NCBI GenBank assembly: GCA_963839635.1
Contig: CAWIVT010000006.1
Span: 22,936 to 86,935 of the forward strand
From: an uncultured Chloroflexia bacterium
GTDB lineage: Bacteria; Chloroflexota; Limnocylindria; QHBO01
Length of the DNA: 64,000 nucleotides
Reading direction: 5' to 3'
Shown here: one piece after another, positions 47,535-56,000 of the stretch
How positions within the stretch are numbered: position 1 is the stretch's first letter
How the letters are laid out: every line of letters starts with the position of its first letter
Notes under the pieces: generated by a model
Databases searched by the model: none
Seen by the model: the letters and a program-made list of their open reading frames with translations, nothing else
What the model was told of the DNA's origin: nothing
Made by a program: the position numbers and the translations under genes

Positions 47535-48871
47535 TCGCGCGGCCGATCGCCGGGGCGCCGCGGGCCTATCGCTTCCCCGACTTCGAGCAGCACCGCCTGG
47601 CCAACGGGCTCGGCGTGTGGCTCGTTCCGCTCCCCGATCGCGAGCTGGTCTCGATCCACCTCCTGACCGATGCGGGCGCCGCGACGGAGGACGAGGCGCA
47701 GGCCGGCATCGCCGCGCTCACCGCCCAGCTCCTGGTGACCGGCACGCGGCGGCTCGACGCCGCCGACTTCGCGGAGACGACCGAGCGCCTCGGGATCGAC
47801 GTGGGCAGCGAGTCGTCGTGGGACAGCGCGCGGGCCGGCTTCACCGCCCTCGGCAGCAAGCTCGACGACGGGCTGGCCCTCCTGGCCGAGATGATCCTCA
47901 CCCCGCGCCTCGATCCCAAGGAGTTCGATCGGCTCAGGTCCGAGCGCCTGAACGACATCCTCCAGGCTCGCGCCGATCCCGGCCGACTTGCCGACGAGAG
48001 CTTCCTTCGCGAGGTCTTCGCCGCCGACGTTCCATACGGGCGACTGTCGGCGGGCACGCCGGAGACGCTCGAGGCGCTCAGCGTCGAGAACGCCAGCGCG
48101 TTTCACGCCACGCACTACGCCCCCAACGTGGCGGACATCGTGATCTCCGGCGCGATCGATCCGAGCCGGACCCTCGCCGCCGTCGAGCGACACCTCGGAG
48201 GGTGGGAGGGCACCGGGCCGGGGCATCGCACCATCGAGCCGCGGCAGAGGGGCGGGCGGCGAGTCGTGCTGGTCGATCGCCCGGGGTCGGTCCAGAGCGA
48301 GCTGCGCGTCGGGCACCTTGGAATCGATCGCGGCGACCCCCGCTACTTCCCGGCGATGGTCATGGCCGCTCTGCTCGGCGGCGTTTTCGGGAGCCGCCTC
48401 AACCTGCGGCTGCGCGAGGAGCTCGGCTACACGTACGGCGCCCGCGCCGCCTTCGATCCGCGACGGGCACCCGGGCCGTTCACCGCCAGCGCTGCCGTGC
48501 AGACCGAGGTGACGCTCGACGCCATCCGCGAGCTGATCGGGCAGCTGGAGCGCATCCGCGAGGCCGCCCCGTCCGAGGAGGAGCTGGCGGAGGTCCGCGA
48601 CTTCCTCATCGGCGTCTTCCCGCTCCGCTTCGAGACGACCGGCGGCATCGCGGGCGCCATCGAGCCGCTCGCGGTGTACGACCTGCCTGCCGACTGGTGG
48701 CACACCTATCGCGACCGCCTCGAGGCCGTCGGCACGGCCGAGGTGCACGCCGTGGCACGCGACCTGGTGCGGCCGGACGAGGCGCTCATCCTGCTCACCG
48801 GGGACGCAGCCAAGCTGCGCGCCGAGCTCGAGGGAGCCGATCTCGGTCCCGTGCAGGTGGTCCCCGCCTAG
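47531..48871 (+). CDS. M16 family peptidase, second (HxxEH-less) subunit
   Basis: Its length and architecture parallel the upstream gene and it has no HxxEH motif. It overlaps the upstream stop by 4 nt. Piece: LREELGYTYGARAAFD. Confidence 0.8.
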   Translation: MIARPIAGAPRAYRFPDFEQHRLANGLGVWLVPLPDRELVSIHLLTDAGAATEDEAQAGIAALTAQLLVTGTRRLDAADFAETTERLGIDVGSESSWDSARAGFTALGSKLDDGLALLAEMILTPRLDPKEFDRLRSERLNDILQARADPGRLADESFLREVFAADVPYGRLSAGTPETLEALSVENASAFHATHYAPNVADIVISGAIDPSRTLAAVERHLGGWEGTGPGHRTIEPRQRGGRRVVLVDRPGSVQSELRVGHLGIDRGDPRYFPAMVMAALLGGVFGSRLNLRLREELGYTYGARAAFDPRRAPGPFTASAAVQTEVTLDAIRELIGQLERIREAAPSEEELAEVRDFLIGVFPLRFETTGGIAGAIEPLAVYDLPADWWHTYRDRLEAVGTAEVHAVARDLVRPDEALILLTGDAAKLRAELEGADLGPVQVVPA

Positions 48872-48994
48872 GTCGTTGTTCGCGGGTGCGCCGTGGAGGC
48901 GCCGGTCATGAAGGGCGCGCTGGCGTCAGCGACTATATCGTTGCTGATATAAACGGGTGAGAGCGGCGTCCCGAGCGTTCAACGCCGTCAACTC

Positions 48995-49603
48995 CTAGCC
49001 GGTGGCGTGTCGGCGTCCCAGCTCGCCCTCGACCGCCTCCAGGCGAATCCGCCGCGAGGCGAGCAGGACCAGCGCGTGGTAGATGAGGTCCGCGGCCTCG
49101 GCCACCACCTCCTCGTCGGTCCCGGCCAGCGCAGCGGCCGACAGCTCCCCGGCCTCCTCGGTCACCTTCTCCGCCGCACGCCGCGAGCCGGCCGCCAGCA
49201 GCCGCGCCGTGTAGGACTGCCCCGGATCCGCGGCGTCACGTCGCTCCCCGATCACGCGCTCGAGGGCACGCATGTCGAACTTCCCTGCGCCGTCGAAGCA
49301 TGAGCGCGTCCCGGTATGGCAGGCCGGGCCGGCGGGCTCGACCCGATACGCGATGGCGTCGGCGTCGCAGTCGACCGCCATCTCGACGACGCGCATGGTG
49401 TTGCCGCTCGTGGCGCCCTTCCGCCACAGCTCGCCACGCGACCTGGACCAGAAGTGCGCCTCGCCGCTCTCTTCGGTCGCCGCGATCGCGTCGCGGTTGG
49501 CCCAGGCCAGCATGAGGAGCTCGCCGCTACCCGCGTCGGTGACGACGACCGGCAGCAGCTCGCCGTGCGACCAGTCAGGCCGCCGATCGCTCAGCCAACC
49601 CAC
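48995..49603 (-). CDS. hisIE: bifunctional phosphoribosyl-AMP cyclohydrolase / phosphoribosyl-ATP pyrophosphatase
   Basis: Tail of ORF 48995..49924(-) from GTG 49603: LLPVVVTDAGSGELLMLAWANRDA...FWSRSRGELWRKGATSGNTMRVVEMAVDCDADAI...CHTG..SCF, then SYTARLLAAG...KVTEEAGE...EAADLIYHALVLL. Confidence 0.85.
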   Translation of the reverse strand: MGWLSDRRPDWSHGELLPVVVTDAGSGELLMLAWANRDAIAATEESGEAHFWSRSRGELWRKGATSGNTMRVVEMAVDCDADAIAYRVEPAGPACHTGTRSCFDGAGKFDMRALERVIGERRDAADPGQSYTARLLAAGSRRAAEKVTEEAGELSAAALAGTDEEVVAEAADLIYHALVLLASRRIRLEAVEGELGRRHATG

Positions 49604-50397
49604 GCCGCCACCTCCCGTGGTGAGGGCGCCTTCACCGGCATTCGCACGCTGAGACCGCTCGTCGCCAGCGCCTCCTTCAGGGGGCCGATGCGCAGAACGT
49701 CGAAGTGGAGGGTCGAGGCCAGAAGCGCCGCCGACGCCCCGGCCGCGAGCACGTCGGCCACGTCGCTCGCGCTTCCCGCGCCGCCCGACGCGATGAGCGG
49801 CACGCGCACCTCCGCCGCGATGGCGCCCGTCAGCCCGAGGTCGTACCCGGAGCGCGTGCCGTCGCGGTCGATGCTCGTCACCAGGAGCTCGCCGGCGCCA
49901 CGCTCGACCGCCTCGCGCGCCCATTCAACGGCGTCGCGTCCCGTCTCCTCGGTGGCGGCGACGGACCGCACGCGCCAGGCGTGATTCCCGCCGACGCGAG
50001 CGGCATCGATGGCAACGACGACCGACTGCGACCCGAGGCGGTCGGCCAGCCGCCCCACCAGTGCCGGATCGCGGAGCGCCGCCGAGTTGACGGCGATCTT
50101 GTCGGCGCCCGCGTCGAGCAGTGCCGCGGCGTCATCGACGCTGCGGACCCCACCGCCGACGGCGAGCGGCACGTCGAGGGCCGTTGCGGCTCGCGAGATG
50201 AGCTCGAGCAGCGCGGGCCGCGCGTCGACCGTGGCACCGATGTCCAGGATCGTGATCTCGTCGGCGCCCTCGGCACCATACCGAGCGGCCAGCTCCACCG
50301 GGTCGCCCGCATCGACGAGATCGACGAAGCGCGTGCCCTTGACGACCCGACCGTTGGTCACGTCCAGGCAGGCGATGATCCGCTTGCGCAGCGTCAC
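49591..50397 (-). CDS. hisF: imidazole glycerol phosphate synthase cyclase subunit
   Basis: Pieces: RIIACLDVTNGRVVKGTRF, GADEITILDI, PLAVGGGVRSV, GADKIAVNSAA, LLVTSIDRDGTRSGYDL and PLIASGGAG. Confidence 0.9.
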   Translation of the reverse strand: MTLRKRIIACLDVTNGRVVKGTRFVDLVDAGDPVELAARYGAEGADEITILDIGATVDARPALLELISRAATALDVPLAVGGGVRSVDDAAALLDAGADKIAVNSAALRDPALVGRLADRLGSQSVVVAIDAARVGGNHAWRVRSVAATEETGRDAVEWAREAVERGAGELLVTSIDRDGTRSGYDLGLTGAIAAEVRVPLIASGGAGSASDVADVLAAGASAALLASTLHFDVLRIGPLKEALATSGLSVRMPVKAPSPREVAAWVG

Positions 50398-51122
50398 GCC
50401 AGCACCGCCAGGGCCTCGGCCGGATCGATCGCGCCGCTCAGCAGCGCAAGCCCGACGACCGCGCCGTCGCAGCCGATGGCCGCCGCGGCGCGGAGGTCGT
50501 CGAGCGAGCCAATCCCGCCGGATGCCACCAGCGTCACCTCCGGGAGGGCTTCGCGCAGCTCTGCCAGGAGATCGAGGTTCGGCCCCGCCATCGTCCCGTC
50601 CCTCGCCGTATCGGTCACCACCAGGCGACTGGCGCCGGCCTCGACCAGCTCGCGGGCCAGCGCGATGGCATCGGCGCGGCCGGTCCGCACCCAGCCATCC
50701 AACGCCGGCCTGCCATCACGCAGGTCGAGCGAGACGCCGATCCTGCCCGGGTGGCGGTCGGCGCACTCGCGCACGAACGCGGGACGCTCGAGCGCGGCGG
50801 TCCCGAGGAGGGCCTCGTCGGCCACCGCAAGCAGCGCGTCGACGTCCGACACGGTGCGGAGCCCTCCCCCGGCCTCAACGCGGACGGCCGCATCGGCAGC
50901 TCGCGCCGCGTCGACGATCTCGCCGGTCAGCGCCAGCTGCACGGGGCGCCCGGCGCGCGCTCCGGCCAGGTCCACGACGTGAAGGCGCCGGCATCCGGCC
51001 GCGACGAACCGCCTGGCGAGATCAACCGGTCCGGTATCGGCGTCGATGCGTCGGGCATAGTCTCCCTGCACCAGCCGCACCGCTCCGCCGTCGAGCAGGT
51101 CGATGGCGCAGATCAGCTCCAC
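50394..51122 (-). CDS. hisA: 1-(5-phosphoribosyl)-5-[(5-phosphoribosylamino)methylideneamino]imidazole-4-carboxamide isomerase
   Basis: Tail of ORF 50394..52022(-) from GTG 51122: VELICAIDLLDGGAVRLVQGDY...HVVDLAGA...VEAGGGLRT...LVVTDTARDGTMAGPN...LVASGGIGSLDDL. Confidence 0.9.
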   Translation of the reverse strand: MELICAIDLLDGGAVRLVQGDYARRIDADTGPVDLARRFVAAGCRRLHVVDLAGARAGRPVQLALTGEIVDAARAADAAVRVEAGGGLRTVSDVDALLAVADEALLGTAALERPAFVRECADRHPGRIGVSLDLRDGRPALDGWVRTGRADAIALARELVEAGASRLVVTDTARDGTMAGPNLDLLAELREALPEVTLVASGGIGSLDDLRAAAAIGCDGAVVGLALLSGAIDPAEALAVLA

Positions 51123-51737
51123 GCGGCCGCTCCGACCGGACGCGCGTCGAATGCACCCTGTGCGAACGCGGCCAGCAGTGCCCGACCGGTCGGGCCGCTC
51201 TTCTCTGGGTGGAACTGCGTGCCGGTCAGGGCCCCGGCCCGCAGGAGCGATGGAAAGCGGAAGCCGTCGACGTCGGTCCAGCCGGATACCGCGGACGGTT
51301 CGGCGTCGAGCCAGAAGCCATGGACGAAATACGCGTCGAAGGCGGCCGTCTCCGTGCGCACCTCGTTCCAGCCGATGTGCGGCACCAGTCGCGGACCACC
51401 GGCGTCCGGCGGCGGGAAGGCGCGGCATCGGCCGCGCGATGAGCCCCAGCCCAGGCGCATCGCCCTCGTCGGAACCGTCGAGCAGGAGCTGGGCGCCGAG
51501 GCAGAGGCCGAGCAACGGCCGGCCGGCGGCACCCCAGCGGCGCAGCGGCTCCCACAGATCGCGAGCGCGGAGCGCCTCGACCGCCGACGGCGCCGCTCCG
51601 ACCCCCGGCAGCACCACGCGATCCGTGCCGAGCAATCCGTCCGGCTCGCTCACCAGGCGCGCCTCGGCCCCGACCGCATCCAGCGCGCGCAGGACCGATC
51701 GCGTGTTTCCGGCGCCGAAGTCGACGACCGCAATCAC
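51113..51737 (-). pseudogene. hisH: imidazole glycerol phosphate synthase glutaminase subunit; about 2 frame changes
   Basis: Pieces: VIAVVDFGAGNTRSVLRAL...VVLPGVGA...PLLGLCLGAQLL (catalytic Cys) in ORF 50394..52022, then VPHIGWNEV...AYFVHGF...QFHPEKSG in ORF 51113..51532. The GTG start overlaps the hisB stop (GTGA). Confidence 0.85.
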
Positions 51738-52336
51738 CGAAGCGTTCCCTTGCTGCTCGGCACCGCATCCCCGGCGTCGGCCAGCCTCGGATCGGGCTCC
51801 CATGCCTGGCGCAGGGCGCGGGCCAGGGCCTTCGCGCCGCCCTCGACGAGGTGGTGCGTGCTTCGTGCCTTGCGAACCTCGAGATGGACCGATGCGCGCG
51901 CCTCGCGCGCCAGCGTCTCGACGAAGTGCGGCCACAGCTCGAGCCAGACACTGGCGGCGGTGAGCGGGTCGGGGCGCGGCTCGACATCGGCGTACGCACG
52001 GCCTCCGAGGTCGACGGCGCATAGCGCAAGGGCCTCGTCCATCGGCAGGCGCGCGTCGCCGTAGCGGCGGATGCCGGTCCGCTCGCCGAGCGCGGTATCG
52101 ATCGCGCGTCCGAGGACCAGCGCGGTGTCCTCGACGGTGTGGTGCTCGTCGACGTTCACATCGCCGCTGGCGCTCACCTCGAGATCCACCAGCGCGTGAC
52201 GCGCGAACAGCGTCAGCAGGTGGTCAAGGAAGCCGATCGGCGTCTCGACGGTCACCCTGCCGGTCCCATCGAGGTCGATACGGACCCGGATGCTGGTCTC
52301 CGCCGTCGTCCGCTCGCCGGTCCCTTCGCGAGTCAT
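51734..52336 (-). CDS. hisB: imidazoleglycerol-phosphate dehydratase
   Basis: Pieces: RTTAETSIRVRIDLDG, GFLDHLLTLFARH, DEHHTVEDTALVLG and HHLVEGGAKALARAL. Confidence 0.9.
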   Translation of the reverse strand: MTREGTGERTTAETSIRVRIDLDGTGRVTVETPIGFLDHLLTLFARHALVDLEVSASGDVNVDEHHTVEDTALVLGRAIDTALGERTGIRRYGDARLPMDEALALCAVDLGGRAYADVEPRPDPLTAASVWLELWPHFVETLAREARASVHLEVRKARSTHHLVEGGAKALARALRQAWEPDPRLADAGDAVPSSKGTLR

Positions 52337-53450
52337 GAGAGCACCTCCTTCATGGCGGCAAGGAGCCGCTCCTCCTCATCGTCCAGTCGCGCGGTGGCTC
52401 GCAGCCACCCGGCCATCGGCCCCGTCTCATAGCGCCGCACCGCCACGCCACGTGCGAGAAGGGCAGAATCGACTGCCTCCGCATCGGCCGTCGGGCGGAA
52501 CGCGACGAAGTTCGTGACGGACGGCAGCGTCTCGCACCCCAGCTCCTTCAGCGCCCCGTCGAGGCGCTCGCGGGCGGCGATCACGTCCCCCCGTCGCCGG
52601 CGTGCCTCGTCGTCGGCCGAGAGGGCGGCGAGGGCAAGAGCCTCCGACGGTGCGCCGATCGAGAGCGGCAGCCGAACCGCGTCCATCCGCTCGGCCAGGC
52701 CGTCAGGCACGACGAGGTACCCCACGCGCGCACCGGCCAGTCCGTGCGACTTGGCGAGCGAGCGCAGCACGAGGACGTTTGGATGGTCCTCCTGGAGGTT
52801 GACGGCGGAGGTCGACCCCGGGGCGACTCCCGTCGAGTCCTCGCCGAACTCCAGGTACACCTCGTCGACGCACACCAGCGTGGGGAGGCCAGTCCGCCAG
52901 GGAGCGGATCTCGTCGAGCTCGTACGCATCGCCGGTCGGGTTGTTCGGGTTGCAGAGCCACACGAGGCGCGCTGCCTCGCGCTCGGCCATCGACCGGATC
53001 TCACTCGCCGGCTGGCGGCAGTCGGGCCGCTGCGCGTGGCAGGTCGACCACCCGCGCCCCTGCAAGCCGCGCCTCGACGGCGAACATCGCGAACGTCGGC
53101 GTGGGGATGATCACGGCGTCACCGTCGCCCAGCGCGAGCGTGGTGACCAGCCGGATCAGCTCGTCGGCTCCGGCGCCGGGGACGATGCGGCGCGGGTCGA
53201 CGTCGAGGCGAGCCCCGAGTGCCCGGCGGAGGCGGACGTAGGCGAGGTCGCCGTACTCCGATATGCGGCGCGCGTCGAACGCCTCGAGGGCAGCGCCGAC
53301 GGCAGCCAGCGCGCCACCGCCGAGTGTATTCATGTCGGCCCGTACAACCGACGCGACCGGGACTCCCGCACGAGCCGCGAGCTCGTCGTCGGATGGCTCG
53401 GCCGGGTATGCGCTGACCGGACCGGGACGGCGCAGCAGGCCGATCGGGTC
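52333..53450 (-). pseudogene. hisC: histidinol-phosphate aminotransferase; about 2 frame changes, 5' part in frame with hisD
   Basis: The N-terminus lies inside ORF 53001..54761 (VVRADMNTLGGG...GAGADELIRLVT...AVIIPTPTFAMF). The middle is in ORF 52703..53065 (LCNPNNPTG). The C-terminus is in ORF 52333..53004 (VCVDEVYLEF...VLRSLAKSHGLAGARVGY, PLP lysine). Confidence 0.85.
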
Positions 53451-54761
53451 GTCGGCTCCGGCCGCCTCGGCGGCCCGCTCGGCGCGAGCGCGGACGCTGG
53501 CCGCGTGCGCCGGGAGCCCCTCCGCGGCGGCGATCGCCTCCACCGTGGGCGATAGATCCCGAACGCCGACGGGGGTCAGGCGCTGAATCTCGATCCAGCG
53601 ACCGAACGACTCGATCCCGACGCCGCTCCACGCCCGAGCCGCGGCGCCCGTCGGCAGCACATGGTTCGTTCCGGTGGCGTAGTCACCGGCCGCGATCGGC
53701 GACCAGGGACCGATGAAGACAGCGCCGGCGTTGCGGACGCCGGAGGCCAGCGCGTCGGCATCGGCGCACTGGAGGCTCACGTGCTCGGCCGCGATCGCAT
53801 TGACCGCATTCAGGCCGGCGGCGAGATCCCGGACCAGGATGGCCGCCCCGTGACGACGGATGGTGTCCACCGCGGCCGAACCCGTCGCCAGGTCGCCGGC
53901 GACCCGTTCGAGGGCCGCGTCGACCGCGTCGAGGAGGGCGGGGGCATCGCTGACGACGATGGCGATCGAATCCGGCCCGTGCTCCGACTGCGCGAGCAGG
54001 TCGAGTGCGACGAGCTCGGGATCGGCGCCGCCGTCTGCCAGGACGATGCACTCAGACGGCCCCGCCGGCAGGTCGATCGCCACCCGTGCGCTCACCGCGC
54101 GCTTGGCCGCGGTCACCCACGCGTTGCCGGCCCCGAAGATCTTGTCGACCGCCGGGACCGACTCGGTGCCGTAGGCGAGCGCCGCGATCGCCTGGGCGCC
54201 ACCGGCCTTGAGGATCCGATCGGCGCCACCGATGCGCGCCGCAACGAGGACCGCGGCCGAGACCGATCCATCGCGCGCCGGGGGCGTGGCAATGATCAGG
54301 TCGTCCACGCCGGCGAGGCGCGCCGGGACGGCCAGCATGAGGACGCTGCTGGCATAGGCAGCCCGCCCGCCCGGCACATAGCCACCGGCCCGCTCGATGG
54401 GCAGCCAGCGTCGCCAGGCCGTCACGCCCGGAGCCGTCCGCACCGGTCGCTCGGGCCGCAGGGCGTTCCGCTGCTCGGCGTGGTAGCGACGGATGGCATC
54501 CGCCGCCCGCTCGAGGGCCGCCTCGAGTGCGGGCTCGACCGTCGCGGCCTCCAGCTCGTCCGCGGTGACCCACGGATCGGCCAGATCCGCGCCGTCGAAG
54601 CGGGCGGTCAGCTCGCGGAGGGCCGCGTCACCGCGCCGCCGGACGTCGTCGACGATGGCCGAGACGTCGGCCTCCGGCTCGGCCGGGCGAATGGCGTCGA
54701 TCCACCCGACGCGCGCCGCCGGTTGCATCTCGTCCCACGCGACGCGAGGAAGGACGCTCAT
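53451..54761 (-). CDS. hisD: histidinol dehydrogenase (no stop codon before the hisC sequence begins)
   Basis: ORF 53001..54761(-), first ~435 codons: AGGYVPGGRAAYASSVLMLAVPARLAGV, GGAQAIAALAYGTESVPAVDKIFGAGNAWV, DLLAQSEHGPDS, AAEHVSL, IGPWSPIAAGDYATGTNHVLPT. The 3' boundary is approximate. Confidence 0.9.
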
Positions 54762-55621
54762 CGCACGACCTTCTCGATCGGCACAACCAGGATGTCACGC
54801 GCGCCGGCGGCCTTGAGGGCGGGAACGATGCGCCATAGCTGGCTGCGCTCCACGACGGAGTGAACGGCGATGAACGCGGGATCGGCAAGCGGCATCACCG
54901 TAGGGCCGGAGAGCCCGGGGATGAGGGCCCGGATGCGGTCGAGGGCTTCGACGGGCGCGTTCATCATCATGTACTCGCGGCCGCGAGCGTCGAGCACGCT
55001 GCGCAGCATGTCGACCAGCCCGCCGACGCGCTCGTCGGTCTCGGCGGTCCCGTTGCGGCCGACCAGCACGGCCTCGGAGGCGAGGAGTGTCGCGATGGGC
55101 CGGAGCCCGTTGACGCGAAGCGTGCTGCCCGACGCCACCAGGTCGACCACGGCATCGGCAACACCCAGCTGCGGCGTGACCTCGACCGCGCCGCGCACCT
55201 CCACGACCTGCGCCTCGACGCCCGCCGAGGCCAGGAAGGCGGCGGTGACCCGTGGGAACGACGTGGCAATGCGACAGCCGGCCAGATCAGTGACGGACAC
55301 CACCGCAGCATCGCGGGGCACGGCAAGCACCAGCGAGCACGCGCCGAATCCGAGCGGCAGGATCGTGCTCAGCGCGCCGCCGTGCTCCGCCACGAGGTCT
55401 GCCCCGGTGAGCCCGAGCTCCACAAGGCCGTCGGCCACGTATTCGGCGACGTCCTCGGTCCGCACGAAGAGCAGCTCGACGTCCACGTTGCGGACGCCGG
55501 CGCTGAGGCGACGCTCGGAGAGCTCGAACTCGAGGCCCGCGCTGCGCAGCAGGTCGACGGCGGGTGCCTCGAGGCGGCCCTTGTTCGGGACCGCCAGGCG
55601 GAGTGGCGACGAGCCGGTCAT
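54758..55621 (-). CDS. hisG: ATP phosphoribosyltransferase, long form
   Basis: Pieces: LRLAVPNKGRLEAPAVDLL, LFVRTEDVAEYVADG, DAVVDLVASGSTLRVNGL and the C-terminal regulatory domain ...MMMNAP...PTVMPLAD... Confidence 0.9.
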   Translation of the reverse strand: MTGSSPLRLAVPNKGRLEAPAVDLLRSAGLEFELSERRLSAGVRNVDVELLFVRTEDVAEYVADGLVELGLTGADLVAEHGGALSTILPLGFGACSLVLAVPRDAAVVSVTDLAGCRIATSFPRVTAAFLASAGVEAQVVEVRGAVEVTPQLGVADAVVDLVASGSTLRVNGLRPIATLLASEAVLVGRNGTAETDERVGGLVDMLRSVLDARGREYMMMNAPVEALDRIRALIPGLSGPTVMPLADPAFIAVHSVVERSQLWRIVPALKAAGARDILVVPIEKVVR

Positions 55622-55962
55622 CGGCGCCGGCGCCTGGCGCGCGCCTGGCGGTCGAGCACGAGCCGGTAGCCGTCACGGCCGTACCGAAGCCATTGGTTGA
55701 CGCGGCTGATCGTCGCGCTCGACGCGCCGGTCCGATCGCTGATCTCGTGGTAGCTGGTGCCATCGTCGAGCAGCCGAGCCACCTCCCATCGCGCGGCGAG
55801 CTCACGCAGCTCGTTGACCGTGCAGAGGTCGCGGAGGAAGCGGAGCGCCTCCTCCGGGTCGCGCAGCACGGACACGGCCGCGCCCAGCTCGCGGGTCGTC
55901 TCGTTCATCCATCGGTCCTCGCCCGACTGCGGCGGCGCCGGGGTTGCGGTTTGATCTGTCAT
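55618..55962 (-). CDS. TrpR-fold YerC/YecD-family DNA-binding protein, first gene of the his operon
   Basis: Piece: EEALRFLRDLCTVNELRELAARWEVARLLDDGTSYHEISDRTGASSATISRVNQWLRYG. The stop overlaps the hisG ATG (ATGA). Confidence 0.8.
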   Translation of the reverse strand: MTDQTATPAPPQSGEDRWMNETTRELGAAVSVLRDPEEALRFLRDLCTVNELRELAARWEVARLLDDGTSYHEISDRTGASSATISRVNQWLRYGRDGYRLVLDRQARARRRRR

Positions 55963-56000
55963 TGCTTTAGCACGCTAAAGCATCAGTGCGACAGCGTCAA
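55963..56000 (-). promoter_or_regulatory. promoter TTGACG-17-TAGCGT with an embedded perfect 20-bp palindrome TGCTTTAGCACGCTAAAGCA (candidate operator)
   Basis: Minus-sense: -35 at 55995-56000, -10 at 55972-55977, palindrome at 55963-55982 abutting the ATG at 55962. Confidence 0.55.
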
